Program-made: the position numbers and the translations under genes
Notes under the pieces: generated by a model
Databases searched by the model: none
The model's input: only the letters and a program-made list of their open reading frames with translations
Told to the model about the DNA's origin: nothing
IMG/VR virus record: IMGVR_UViG_3300023240_000018
Location: 6,086 to 70,085 of that record
Reading direction: 5' to 3' (one strand)
Length of the DNA stretch: 64,000 nt
Source of the DNA: a virus
Shown here: positions 17,378 through 27,724 of the stretch, piece after piece
Layout: the number at the start of each line of letters is the position of its first letter
Position numbering within the stretch: position 1 is the first letter of the stretch

Positions 17378-17728
17378 AGGCTTGTTACTTTTTTTGCCCG
17401 TCTGTTCATGCTTGTATCAGTCTCCTGAAACAGCGTTTCACTAACGTATGCGTTGACGAAGTGACCCACTGTAACGTTGTACGCTTTTTTCCCGACACAC
17501 ACACACCAACAGAGAGATAAGAGTAGAGTCAAGATAGTCAGCTTGGTTTATTTTCCCAAAGGTGTGTCTACTCTAATTACACAGTTACACTGTTACACTA
17601 CTACTACTACTTCTTCTTCTTTCTTTCTTTCTTCCTTCTATAGAAGGGAGAAAGTCTAGCATCCCCGGAAAACATGGCTGTCACAAAGCCGTAACTAAAC
17701 TGCCGAAAACGAAGACTCCGTCACAAAC
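17378..17728. other. non-coding AT-rich region after primase gene, candidate replication origin
   Basis: No credible CDS; repeated GTTACA/TGTAAC/GTCACA motifs, (CTA)n and (CTT)n runs, pyrimidine/purine hairpin. Confidence 0.45.
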
Positions 17729-20578
17729 TCACATGGAATCCAAGTCACCGTCTATCTCAACGGTGGCAAACGGCTCAACCTTGGTGTCATTAACATTGCC
17801 AATGTTCGACGAGGGGATGAATGTGCCTCTGGTTGGATTGCCAACGCGGCACAATCCGGAGAACGCCCCGGGCAACCGCTTCAGGATTGTCTTCAGGTCT
17901 TGACGTACATGGTCCGTTCCTTTCAGCAGCGTGCGCTTCAGCTGATTCCCTGACGCGAGGAACACGTAGGACTCATCACGTCGGAACGGGCAATCCTTCC
18001 AGTCCCTCATGCTCTGGACCTCGGAAAATGGTATTCGTCGAATCCCGTACGTTTGCAGTATCTTCCCGGAGTCATGACCGTTCAGACCGTGGCTACCCTC
18101 AGTTGCCAGCACCGTTCCGATAGTTGTTTGCGCTCCACTCCCCAGTTGCACGATTGATTCGAGGATCGAGTTCATTAGCATTTTCTGTTCACTCTCCTCC
18201 TCCTCGACCACTGAGCCCTCCCTGAGCTTCCCCATGAGCGTTGCATGGTGTTTGACTGCCCGTGCGTCACTATCGCCGCAGATGGCCGCGTAGATAGCAC
18301 AGGGGAGCGCGTACGACTCAGCCTGCCTTGAGTATGACTGGTCCATCGACTTGATAATGGTCGGGCACAGCTCTTTTACCCGAGCCCAGCACCGCATTAT
18401 CGTAGCGATTGACTTATTTCTCAGCTCGCTCAGGCGATCTGGGTCGTTTGGGATGTCGAAAAACGGCAGACCATCCCGATTCCCAAGCTCAAACGTAATG
18501 TAGCGGTTGCTTTCCGTTTGTTTGTCGCGCTTCATGTCCGTCGCACTGAACCATGGAATCAGCTGAAGCTCGGATTTCGTGCTCTGGAGGCTAGAGCTTG
18601 AGCGGACAGTCACTCCGAACCGGCTTCGTCGGCTCGACGACATCAGCCGGGCAATTATTTCGTCCCTGTATTTGCTACCCTCGAATTCGTCGTACATCAG
18701 GATCAGGCCGGAACTGCCAATCTCATCCCGGATCCCAGCGGCCGAGGCATCGCAGGTGGCAAATGCGAGTTTGTCGAAATAGTTCGCGATGAATTCCATC
18801 AACGCGGTCTTGCCAGTCGAGCTCTCACCTTGAATCGCGATCCACGGTCTCCAGTCCCAGATTGACTGCGCCCACGTTCCGATAGCTAGGCAGGCCAAGA
18901 TCATCCCGGCGTCTGGATGCGTATGGTTTTCCCAGCGACCGAAAATTTCCGTCAGTTCCATCAGGTGATTCTCGCGCCATTCCGGCGACTTCGCGGATTC
19001 CAAATAGTTGAACAGCAGGTCTTTGTCGTACCAGCCCTCCTCGGTTTCCCCGAAGTCCACGATTTTGTCATCGATCAGTGGTGACGTGTATGCTTGCACG
19101 CCACCATTCACAGCCAACCACTCGCCAGCCCCGACCGCAAACATCCGGCCACCAGACTCCCACATTCCCACCCCGATGGTGTTCATCCGCGAAAGTTCTT
19201 TGCCACCAGCCTCGCGAGAAATGGCGACTTGCACGTCTACGTGGTAGATCATGTCCTCATCCGCGTCTTTATCGGACGGGTCGGCGATTTTCAGGACGGC
19301 CTGCTGCCCGATGTGGATCAACTGCTTATTGTAAGAAAACCTGTCGATGTCTGAGATTGTAAATTTCCGGCACTGCGCGGCGTTAAAAACTTGGATGCTG
19401 CCATTCTTGGTGTGGCCAAGCACGATCAGGTCGAGCTCTCGCAGGATCACCTGGTGCTCGGACAGACCCTCGTGTGTGACAATGGGCTCCTGAGTAATTG
19501 TCCCGCGCTTCTCAGCCGGCGTGGCCTTCACCAAATCCATAAACTGATCGTAGGTGTGGCCTTCCTCGATCCAATCCCGCAAATCTTTCCCTTTTTTCAT
19601 TTCGATTGCGTACGGCAGTTGCACATTTTGCACCGACTTCGCGCCGCCAGACAAGCAGCTGGCAACCCACTTCTGTGCGCCGCCGGTTTTCGATCCCGAT
19701 TCACCGAACTGGCCCGGCTCATCTGCGTCGTGGAGGATTACTATCTGCCGGCCGCGAGCAAAGTCCCCGAACGCATGTGCTGTTCCGCCATCGCACCCAT
19801 CGGAGTTTGTCACAACCAAGTGCCTGCCGCGATGCTCTTCGGGAATCAACTCCTGCAAGGCCAGCATGTCTGACACGCCCTCGACTTTGTAAATCACCTG
19901 AGACTGCTGCCAGTGCGTGATTGCATGGTGGTTCATTATCCCCTTCGTGCCGATGGACATCTTGCCGAGCATCTCAGCCGGTGCGCCTTTGCCGCGGTAG
20001 CGTGTTATTTCGCGACCGTTGGAATTCATCAGCACCCAGCCCTTCTGTTCGGTATTGAACCCCAACGAGGCGTCAACGATCGGGAAGCAGACGGCGAGCT
20101 CTCCGGAGTTGGTCTTCGCCATGCACGCACCAACGAGCTTTAGGGTTTCCTGACTGACACCTAGCTTTTTTGCCAGGGGTCGGGCTGCAATGTAATTCCA
20201 TTTCTGGAATTTGATCTTCGACCAAAACGAACTGCCCTTGGTTGATTTCGGTTTCAGGGACAAAACCTTTACCTCTTTGCCCAGTGAGTCAACACATTCG
20301 TGGAAGTGTGCGAATGGTCCGTACTCAACGCCGAGGCGGAAAAACGGGAATGACGGACCTGGTCCGAGGTCGCGGTAGTATCCTGTTCCAAGGTTCACAG
20401 CAGCCGAGGCGTTTTCGTCTGACCGATTCTTCGCCCTGCACTCTGCCCAACCAGAGCCTGACTCAGTGCCGGTGAACTCTAATCCCCACTCCTCGCATTT
20501 CTTCTGGATGCCATCAGCGCCCAATGCGTCAATAATAGCCTGGAGATATTCGTCCCACTTTTCCTTCTGAGTCTTCAT
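17729..20578 (-). CDS. TOPRIM primase fused to P-loop helicase-like domain
   Basis: D.N.SAAVN N-domain, KVEGVSD and HDADEPG TOPRIM motifs, KDLRDW, Walker A GESSTGKT, Walker B LMYDE. Confidence 0.85.
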   Translation of the reverse strand: MKTQKEKWDEYLQAIIDALGADGIQKKCEEWGLEFTGTESGSGWAECRAKNRSDENASAAVNLGTGYYRDLGPGPSFPFFRLGVEYGPFAHFHECVDSLGKEVKVLSLKPKSTKGSSFWSKIKFQKWNYIAARPLAKKLGVSQETLKLVGACMAKTNSGELAVCFPIVDASLGFNTEQKGWVLMNSNGREITRYRGKGAPAEMLGKMSIGTKGIMNHHAITHWQQSQVIYKVEGVSDMLALQELIPEEHRGRHLVVTNSDGCDGGTAHAFGDFARGRQIVILHDADEPGQFGESGSKTGGAQKWVASCLSGGAKSVQNVQLPYAIEMKKGKDLRDWIEEGHTYDQFMDLVKATPAEKRGTITQEPIVTHEGLSEHQVILRELDLIVLGHTKNGSIQVFNAAQCRKFTISDIDRFSYNKQLIHIGQQAVLKIADPSDKDADEDMIYHVDVQVAISREAGGKELSRMNTIGVGMWESGGRMFAVGAGEWLAVNGGVQAYTSPLIDDKIVDFGETEEGWYDKDLLFNYLESAKSPEWRENHLMELTEIFGRWENHTHPDAGMILACLAIGTWAQSIWDWRPWIAIQGESSTGKTALMEFIANYFDKLAFATCDASAAGIRDEIGSSGLILMYDEFEGSKYRDEIIARLMSSSRRSRFGVTVRSSSSLQSTKSELQLIPWFSATDMKRDKQTESNRYITFELGNRDGLPFFDIPNDPDRLSELRNKSIATIMRCWARVKELCPTIIKSMDQSYSRQAESYALPCAIYAAICGDSDARAVKHHATLMGKLREGSVVEEEESEQKMLMNSILESIVQLGSGAQTTIGTVLATEGSHGLNGHDSGKILQTYGIRRIPFSEVQSMRDWKDCPFRRDESYVFLASGNQLKRTLLKGTDHVRQDLKTILKRLPGAFSGLCRVGNPTRGTFIPSSNIGNVNDTKVEPFATVEIDGDLDSM

Positions 20579-20653
20579 TCTGTTCCGTTCGTAAAAAAAC
20601 CCGAGCTGCGAGGCGTCGGGTGGAAAGGTATTGAAGTTAGTGTGAAGCAGCCT

Positions 20654-20851
20654 TCAGCACGACGAGGTTTCGAAGCCATCATTCCATGACCCGTGCAGTT
20701 CATGGGATGAAGAATACGGATTGTCTGACCGATCCTTTCGCTGCTCGCATGCAGTCCAGCCAGCATCGAACGCTGAAGCTCGCTGTCGTTCTTTCATCGG
20801 GTTGACCTTGATTGTCACACTGCCGCGTTTTTTTCGGGGTCCGCGTTTCAT
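20654..20851 (-). CDS. Rmf/CrpP-fold (ribosome modulation factor-like) protein
   Basis: AFDAGW.A......SDNPY........W.DGF matches A...GY.AG......CPY......W..GW. Confidence 0.55.
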   Translation of the reverse strand: MKRGPRKKRGSVTIKVNPMKERQRASAFDAGWTACEQRKDRSDNPYSSSHELHGSWNDGFETSSC

Positions 20852-21348
20852 TGCTGCTTTCTCCAATACCGATCTAGTATTCTGAATGTTATTTTTTCTG
20901 CGAACCGTTTTCCTGGTGCCATCCACCAATGCACGTTTCGGAACTCTTTCCGTTGCTGCCATCCAATCACTGAGCGAGAGACGGTCTTCGGGTCCAGTTT
21001 AGACCTCTCCACGCCTCTCATGATCCTGGCCCAGTCTGCCTCGACGACAACGAATCCATGATCCAATTCATTAAGCCGGAACAGCTGCCGTTCGAATCGG
21101 TCACGATCACCACCAACGCAATTGAACAGGTCGGAAATTTCTTTCCGTTCAACTGAGATTTTATCTTCGAATCCCTCAATCGAATAGTCGCCAGTCTTCA
21201 GTCCATCACGCTTGGTCTTCACCACAATTGTGCCGCCACCTTCGGCCTTATTGGCTTCGATGTCGCGGAAATCATAAGAGCTTTGTTCTCTCGAATCGAC
21301 GATCAGAGTGTAGGGTCGGTAGACGAGATTCAGTTCTGGTTCATCCAT
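20848..21348 (-). CDS. ERCC4/XPF-type nuclease
   Basis: IVDSREQ, LKTGDYS, VERK..SDL. Confidence 0.9.
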   Translation of the reverse strand: MDEPELNLVYRPYTLIVDSREQSSYDFRDIEANKAEGGGTIVVKTKRDGLKTGDYSIEGFEDKISVERKEISDLFNCVGGDRDRFERQLFRLNELDHGFVVVEADWARIMRGVERSKLDPKTVSRSVIGWQQRKEFRNVHWWMAPGKRFAEKITFRILDRYWRKQQ

Positions 21349-21404
21349 GGCCGATTGATGCCTTCTGTGTGTGACGTTTGTGTGTGACGTTTGTATTTAC
21401 GAAC

Positions 21405-22253
21405 CTAGAAGTTCGTCCAGACGCATTCTGTTTTGATGTCTTTTGTTTTCTTCGAACTGGCATTGTTCACAATGCCGAACTCATGCCGTTTCCAATTACT
21501 ACCGCTAGCTGTCGCGTCGTAAAGTTCACTCCTGTAGCCACTCAGCAGAAACTTGCCTTTGATGTCGCGGAGCTTCAGCAATAGCTGAGTGTGCGATTCG
21601 GGAGACATTTCGTATTCGTAATCCTGAGTCGTCCTCCTAGTTTCATGGAGGTACGGTGGGTCAAGGTAGAACACGGTGCTTGGACCATCCTGAGTGTTGA
21701 TCACACTGATTGCATCACGGTTCAAAATGACGACTCGTTTCATTCTTTTGTGAACATCCGGCAACCCCTCGATCGCCGTCAACCACGACGACACCTGTTC
21801 GTTCATTCCGCGTCGCGTGCGGTTCCGAGACAGAGTTGCGAAGTCCTTCATCAAGCCCTGGCGAGACTGTCTGGCACGGATGAAAAACCGGTAGGCCCTA
21901 GCGACACATGCTCGGGTGAGTTGCTCGTTCGTTCTCATTTCTGATGGGTTGTCGACTGGGCAGCCATCAAACATGGATTCCGAAAATGGCGTGGCCTCAA
22001 CTGTTCGAAGAAGCAGATCGAACCATTCATCCGAACGAAGAACCGACCAGAATTGAATCAACTCGCCATGGATGTCATTCACCACCTCACTCACACCCTC
22101 CGGGTTTTTGTTTAGCAGCACACTGCCGCCACCAAAATACGGCTCAACGTAATGGGTGTGGCACGGCATCAGTGAAATAATCCACTTGGCGAGTTTGCCC
22201 CCGAAGGCACCTTTCCCGCCGTGCCACTTCAATGGTTGTGTCAGTGTTTTCAT
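21405..22253 (-). CDS. dam: D12-class N6-adenine DNA methyltransferase
   Basis: LKWHGGK, YVEPYFGGGSV, EVVND, FYLDPPY. Confidence 0.9.
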   Translation of the reverse strand: MKTLTQPLKWHGGKGAFGGKLAKWIISLMPCHTHYVEPYFGGGSVLLNKNPEGVSEVVNDIHGELIQFWSVLRSDEWFDLLLRTVEATPFSESMFDGCPVDNPSEMRTNEQLTRACVARAYRFFIRARQSRQGLMKDFATLSRNRTRRGMNEQVSSWLTAIEGLPDVHKRMKRVVILNRDAISVINTQDGPSTVFYLDPPYLHETRRTTQDYEYEMSPESHTQLLLKLRDIKGKFLLSGYRSELYDATASGSNWKRHEFGIVNNASSKKTKDIKTECVWTNF

Positions 22254-22328
22254 AGTTTGCCTATCGTTTTCGTTTTGTAGTACCGGAAAATCCATCGCCC
22301 ATTCGCCGGGTTATGGGTGTAAACCCAC

Positions 22329-22598
22329 TCAATCAAAACAAGCATCTTTCAGTTTCCCGTTCGTTCGTCGGTCCTCCATCTCCATCGCACGAACAACAGC
22401 GTCACGTGCCTCCGACAAGTCCTGCGTGCTGTCGCCTTTTCCACGAATACCAGCGCATAGCAACTTCTTAATTGCATGCTGCCGCGCCGAACAAGTGACA
22501 TTAAACGCATCAAGCACTGCGTAAACATCGACAGTCGCCGTCTTACTCCGTGACGTAATGTCAAACACCGTGCGGTGATATTTGTTACCACTGCTCAT
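22329..22598 (-). CDS. conserved phage protein (DUF3310-like)
   Basis: NKY...VDVY.VL.AF.V...A.QHAIKKLL.AG.RG......DL.EA. Confidence 0.65.
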   Translation of the reverse strand: MSSGNKYHRTVFDITSRSKTATVDVYAVLDAFNVTCSARQHAIKKLLCAGIRGKGDSTQDLSEARDAVVRAMEMEDRRTNGKLKDACFD

Positions 22599-23440
22599 GC
22601 ACATTCCCCTGCAAACAGTTTTCGGTACTGCACCCACCCGAGACCGAGATTTCCGCCCAGTCCGGGCTCACGGAACAATGCAGGGCGAGCAGCGTGCTCG
22701 AACGGAGACCAGTGCCCACTCTCCATCAAACGATCGTGCAACTCGATGTCTTTGCTTGTGTCTCGGATACCATCGTGAGTCAGGTAGGAGACTCTGGCGC
22801 AGCGCCCGACGCAGGCCCTCACCTGATCCATCGAGGTCAGTCCGTCGTCTCCAGCAAAGCCTATTAAAGGCAAGTGCCAATCGCCCTTCCCAAGATACTG
22901 AGGGTCTGAACCATCCATTGCATCGCGAGCCATGTACGCGATCTTCTGTATGTGCGGTTCGGCATCCTTATGGCAACGCAACCCAAAAAAATTAGCCCAG
23001 CCGCGATCGTTCGCCGTCGTGATAACAGTGATCCACATCCACGGTTCGAGCAGCCGGTTAGCAATTTGCTTGTGAAGGCCGATACCATTCAGAACAGTGA
23101 CAGTCCTCAACATTTCATCCCTAGCAATCAGCCACTCAACCCTGCACTCTTTCTGTTTATGGTCGCTTAAAACAGAATCAGCCTGCATCCCTGCCTGATT
23201 CGCACCCCAGTGCAATGGAATGAAAGGGGACTCCTTCACATTCTTCAGCATCCGGCTAATCGGAATCGCACGGCTCGAAGCCGCATTCCGCGAATGAGAC
23301 CGGTGCGTCATAAACTCACTGTGGATACAGCGAGGATACGTCAATTCCATCGTCGTAATTCGATTGTCATTCGTCACAGAATCAGCCAATACTTTCGCGT
23401 GAAAATCAATCACTCCAAAACTCCAATTAAATCCACTCAA
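22595..23440 (-). CDS. thyX: flavin-dependent thymidylate synthase (start uncertain)
   Basis: PRCIHSEFMTHRSHSRNAASSRAIP, HKQIANRLLEPW, CARVSY, HWSPFEH. Confidence 0.9.
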   Translation of the reverse strand: MSGFNWSFGVIDFHAKVLADSVTNDNRITTMELTYPRCIHSEFMTHRSHSRNAASSRAIPISRMLKNVKESPFIPLHWGANQAGMQADSVLSDHKQKECRVEWLIARDEMLRTVTVLNGIGLHKQIANRLLEPWMWITVITTANDRGWANFFGLRCHKDAEPHIQKIAYMARDAMDGSDPQYLGKGDWHLPLIGFAGDDGLTSMDQVRACVGRCARVSYLTHDGIRDTSKDIELHDRLMESGHWSPFEHAARPALFREPGLGGNLGLGWVQYRKLFAGECA

Positions 23441-23481
23441 TCAAAATAACCATCTCTATCCCTACGGGTTACTACTCGTCA

Positions 23482-24759
23482 CTAAATTCCTTGCAGCAGT
23501 CGTTCCTTCAGGAACGTCTTTCTCTTCTGCAGGTTGCTGCTCAGCAACTGACCCTGCAATGTCGCCATTCGCCCAACAGTGAACATGATCTTCTTAGCCC
23601 GTGACAGGCCAGTGTAGACTAGTTGCCGATCGTTTAGCCGGCAGTCATCAATCATGTACGCAGCGATTGGGTAGCCACTGCCTTGCACTGAATGGGTTGT
23701 CAGTGCATAACCCATAACCACCTCTCGTTCATAGCCGCCACTGCCAAACCGGACCATCCCGTCACGGAACTGAACGAATATTGCACGGTCATCGATGCTG
23801 TGGACGATGCCATCCTCTCCATTCGCGGTGTACAATTTTCCGCTAGTTTTCTCAGGCTTGTTTCCTATCTGGATGTACTCCTCTCGATAAGCGTTGCGCT
23901 TGCAAACAACCTTGTCGCCGATCCTGAACGGGCATTTCGACCATCGACCACCGTTAGGATTCAGCAACTGTTGCAGTCTAGGATTCACGATCTTTCTGCA
24001 GATGCCGCCAGCGTCATTCCGGGTGACGATCACTTGCATGTCTTTCATTGGCGAGAACCCACGATCCTTCACCTTCTCGCATAACAGGTCGATCGTCTCC
24101 AGCATTTGAATTGATGTTCGCCGCTCAATGTGCCGATAATTCTCAGGCCCGAACTCACTGGCATCTGGGTCTAGGTCGAGTTTCGGGGATGGTTGAATCG
24201 TCTGGCCATCCCGAACGGATTTGCACACATGTGCGATACGGCCAGCGTAACGATGAACTTCAGTGAGGTGCGCGTTCGGGAACACGCCACTGTCGATCAT
24301 GTCTTTGAATGGCCGCCCTTTGCCCACTGGGGGCAACTGGCCTACATCACCGATTGCGACGACCTGCGTGTTCGGGCCGATCGCACTGAGTAACCACGAG
24401 CACTCCATTGACCCGACCATTGAAAACTCATCAATCAAAACCCTGCTGCACGGCAGAGGATTCTCTCTGTTAAACTGAAATTTCCACCCTCGCCCGTTGT
24501 ACCCCGATTGCGTTGGGATCAGGCCTGAGTGAATCGTCTTCGCGCCGAGGCTCACGCCACACTCAAGGAACGCCTCCTCCATTCTCTGTGCGGCCTTGCC
24601 TGTCGGTGCGAAACATCCTGTCGGTATGTCTGGAGTTTGCCGTAGCCATTCAGCGAGCAATGTCGTTTTTCCAGTGCCACCACCTCCAGTCAGAAGACTA
24701 AAGGAGGATTGACTCACTAATGTTCTCGCTTTTCCTTGGCTCTCCGTTAATTGAATCAT
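23482..24759 (-). CDS. recD2: RecD2-like SF1B helicase, motor domains
   Basis: GGGGTGKT, APTGKAA, TIH, IDEFSMV, GDVGQLPPVG, YALTTHSVQGS, LVYTGLSRAK. Confidence 0.9.
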   Translation of the reverse strand: MIQLTESQGKARTLVSQSSFSLLTGGGGTGKTTLLAEWLRQTPDIPTGCFAPTGKAAQRMEEAFLECGVSLGAKTIHSGLIPTQSGYNGRGWKFQFNRENPLPCSRVLIDEFSMVGSMECSWLLSAIGPNTQVVAIGDVGQLPPVGKGRPFKDMIDSGVFPNAHLTEVHRYAGRIAHVCKSVRDGQTIQPSPKLDLDPDASEFGPENYRHIERRTSIQMLETIDLLCEKVKDRGFSPMKDMQVIVTRNDAGGICRKIVNPRLQQLLNPNGGRWSKCPFRIGDKVVCKRNAYREEYIQIGNKPEKTSGKLYTANGEDGIVHSIDDRAIFVQFRDGMVRFGSGGYEREVVMGYALTTHSVQGSGYPIAAYMIDDCRLNDRQLVYTGLSRAKKIMFTVGRMATLQGQLLSSNLQKRKTFLKERLLQGI

Positions 24760-25675
24760 GTGCGTTCCTGATTTCTAGTGCATATTTCGCAATCAGCGAC
24801 TCGGCGATTGCGTCTTGTCGTTCTGCCAACCACAGTTTCCCATCGGCGTCCTTTTTTCGGCTGAGCCACTTCGCCCGTACCCCCAATTGAATCGCCTTGC
24901 GCGGGTTCGTTTTCGAACTGACCAACCGCGACAATTCCTCAGCCGCTTCTTTCGCTCCGATCCACACACTGCCACTCGCCTCTTGGATTTGATGCCACAA
25001 GCAAATCGTTTGCCGTTTCAGCTTCCACTCCGGCAGGCCAAGGTCGCGATACAACTGGTCACACCTCAGGAAACCTACACTCGCATATCTCCTCACCAGC
25101 ATCGTGAACGGATCTCGTTTGATTCGCTCGTACGCCAATACGCCGAAATCGTTGATGCAGTTTTCAATGCAATCCTGGCTGAATCCTCGGCCCTGAAATA
25201 ACTGCACTAATCGCATTCGAGTCTCCTCGAACCGCTCAATTTCGATCAGTATTTTCGCAACCGCTTCAGCCTGCGGTTTTGTGATCCCAGTCAACTCTGC
25301 AACCTTTGCGGGTTCTGACTTGAGTGTAGCCAAGCATCGTTCAGGCCCGACTTCCGCCAGCACTTTGCGCGCCTTGACCGCACCGAACTGATAACCAGAC
25401 CCAAACAGAAACCGCTGGAGGTACGACATCACTGCCCCGTCAGTCACTGGAGCACGGGCAACGAATGTCTCGAATTTGAATTGCGGGCCGTAACTGTCGT
25501 TGTCCTCCCATCGCCCAGAAAACGTGTACTCTACGCCACGAATGAATAGTTCCGGGGACGCAGAGCCAACGATGCTGGTCCCGTCTTCAAGGATCGCAAT
25601 AAGCCAGGTGTTGTCAGGCTTAGACCAACGCACCTGACCGAACGTTCCAATGAGTTCTGTGATGGGTGACTTCAT
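24698..25675 (-). CDS. RecD2 N-terminal (OB plus HhH) region as a separate ORF
   Basis: G.W.....YG.QF, HhH G.VKA, I..DPF.L......GF...D. Confidence 0.8.
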   Translation of the reverse strand: MKSPITELIGTFGQVRWSKPDNTWLIAILEDGTSIVGSASPELFIRGVEYTFSGRWEDNDSYGPQFKFETFVARAPVTDGAVMSYLQRFLFGSGYQFGAVKARKVLAEVGPERCLATLKSEPAKVAELTGITKPQAEAVAKILIEIERFEETRMRLVQLFQGRGFSQDCIENCINDFGVLAYERIKRDPFTMLVRRYASVGFLRCDQLYRDLGLPEWKLKRQTICLWHQIQEASGSVWIGAKEAAEELSRLVSSKTNPRKAIQLGVRAKWLSRKKDADGKLWLAERQDAIAESLIAKYALEIRNAHDSINGEPRKSENISESILL

Positions 25676-26586
25676 AGTTCCAGAACCGCCATGACTCGTT
25701 TGAACAATTCCATCTCAGACCACGCATCGCTCGCAACATAGAAGGCCAAGTCCTCCCACTGGCCACCCTCGACCATTGCCAAGACGTGACTGCCGTTGAT
25801 CTCTCCAGCTGGCGGGAAGATCCCCAGCGATGGCAGTAGCAACTTCAGTTGAATTGCATCGGATAGGCCGCCGGGAAACATCTTCAACATGAGGTCAATA
25901 CTCTGCTTGCCACCCCATCTCCCAACGTGTAGCTTTTTCGGCACTCGCACGTTCAGTTTGATTGCACGCCAAAAAATCAGCATGTCGTCATAACTGGCAA
26001 TGTTGTATCCCACGCGGATCTTTCCGGTCATGTGGATGTCGAAAAATGCAGCGATGAGTTCCCGTTCTTCCTTCTCGTTCTGAGCCAACCACACCTGTGG
26101 CTGATCTTCGTTCAAGTGCTGAATCCCCATCGACACAATACGGCAAGTTGCGGGATTCTTAGACCTGTTCATCCAGTTCACGATCTCCTCCCCGCCAGCA
26201 ACAGCCATTTTCTCCAGAATGTTAAGCACGCCTTTGCGTTTTTTGCCGTCACGTTCAGCGATCAGCAATGTTTCCGCGTCGTCACAGTTGCATGGCGTGC
26301 TGAAGAATTTCTTGCACGTTGCTTCAGATTTCAGGACGTTTGAAATGTCGAACATGCGAGGTTCAATGATCACCTCCTCAGGTCGAGGCGTGTCCGGAAC
26401 AGACTCCAGATCGTAGGCGAAAAAATTCCCTTCGCTGGGGCACTCACAGTCCTCGCCGTATCTCCAAGCCCACTTCTTTGCCGGGCTTTCCGGCTCCAGT
26501 TCGAACGGTGGTTCTTCGATTTGGTCCATTGAATTCATGTCAACGTCAAGGGTTGACACTTCTTGGTTAAACACATCGAAACTCAT
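25672..26586 (-). CDS. DEDD 3'-5' exonuclease (PolB exo-like)
   Basis: YDLES, VGYNIASYD, YVASD. Confidence 0.8.
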   Translation of the reverse strand: MSFDVFNQEVSTLDVDMNSMDQIEEPPFELEPESPAKKWAWRYGEDCECPSEGNFFAYDLESVPDTPRPEEVIIEPRMFDISNVLKSEATCKKFFSTPCNCDDAETLLIAERDGKKRKGVLNILEKMAVAGGEEIVNWMNRSKNPATCRIVSMGIQHLNEDQPQVWLAQNEKEERELIAAFFDIHMTGKIRVGYNIASYDDMLIFWRAIKLNVRVPKKLHVGRWGGKQSIDLMLKMFPGGLSDAIQLKLLLPSLGIFPPAGEINGSHVLAMVEGGQWEDLAFYVASDAWSEMELFKRVMAVLEL

Positions 26587-26614
26587 AGTTGCATCCAGTC
26601 TGGTTTGGTTTTTA

Positions 26615-26878
26615 TTAGCAGTACCCGCATTCAGTTGTGCCCGTCGATCGCTCCGACTCAGGCGTTAAGTCACCACATCCCGAACAGAAGAAATAATCCT
26701 CTTCATCCATTTCGGCCAACTGTGATTCAATTTCCCTTCGCCCCTGATGGCGACCCGTCTTGTGTAGGAGCTGCCTGTCGCGGTGGCGGCCTTTGTATCC
26801 GCTTCCGGTGTATGTACTCGGAGGACCGCAGTCTTCGCCCCTCCACAGCCCCCGTTTCCATCCGTATGGTCGAGTCAT
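26615..26878 (-). CDS. small zinc-ribbon hypothetical protein
   Basis: GAGGAGG RBS; C..C and C..C. Confidence 0.55.
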   Translation of the reverse strand: MTRPYGWKRGLWRGEDCGPPSTYTGSGYKGRHRDRQLLHKTGRHQGRREIESQLAEMDEEDYFFCSGCGDLTPESERSTGTTECGYC

Positions 26879-26955
26879 TGATCCGCCTCCTCATTGCTGT
26901 GAAACCTTGGGCCTCTCACCCATCCGGCGCGCACGCTCCTCCCGTGAACCAACGA

Positions 26956-27582
26956 CTAGATGTCGTCAATGTCGCCACCATCTATCACGCCATTTGTGGC
27001 ACACGCCTTGGCTTCCAGATCCATGGGCACGTCATTCACCTTCTCGTGCGTAAGCGGCCAAACGTCGTTGTTCCACGCAATCTTTTGGGTGGTCTTGCCA
27101 TTGAACTCGCTAGGCGTAACCTTCACAATCGCCTGCGTTTGTTCGAGACGGTCGAACATGTCGCGATTTAGTTTGAACACTTCTTTTCCAAAAGCATCTT
27201 CGCCGATTGTTCCGAACGCATGGAGCAGCGCGAGGATGCCATGCACCTGCTTCTCCTCCAATTTCTTCATGACTCCGTCTTGCTTGCTTTCCCAGCCGGC
27301 CATGTAGATTCGGTGGTAGATTTTTTTGCCGACTTCAGAATCGTGCTCACCGGCTAAGCAAGCCATCTGGATTTTGAAGTTTGGCAACGATCTTTTTTTA
27401 TCGTCGTCATCTGCTCCACCTGAGATGTCAGCTTCTAGGTACTCGACGCTTTCCACTTGGACGTGGTATCGACCCTCGATATTTACGCTACCGCCGCCGC
27501 CTTCGTGAACCGTTTCTTCGCTCAGGTTCTCCGTGTTGTGGTCTTCAGAAAACGGATCGTAGTTGTCAGTTTCAGTATTCAT
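26956..27582 (-). CDS. putative ssDNA-binding protein (DUF669-like)
   Basis: EG.YHV.V N-terminal strand, acidic C-tail DDI, position downstream of Sak4-like ATPase. Confidence 0.6.
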   Translation of the reverse strand: MNTETDNYDPFSEDHNTENLSEETVHEGGGGSVNIEGRYHVQVESVEYLEADISGGADDDDKKRSLPNFKIQMACLAGEHDSEVGKKIYHRIYMAGWESKQDGVMKKLEEKQVHGILALLHAFGTIGEDAFGKEVFKLNRDMFDRLEQTQAIVKVTPSEFNGKTTQKIAWNNDVWPLTHEKVNDVPMDLEAKACATNGVIDGGDIDDI

Positions 27583-27724
27583 AACAGTTTCCTTAGTCGT
27601 TTCAGTTCACAAAATTCCGTGATCCAGGTCGCCGGATACCCCAGCAAATCAAGTCCCTGATCCCACACTCGTTCTTCACCATGCCTCACGACCAGCCCGA
27701 TAACGGTTACGGGCCAGTCGCGTT

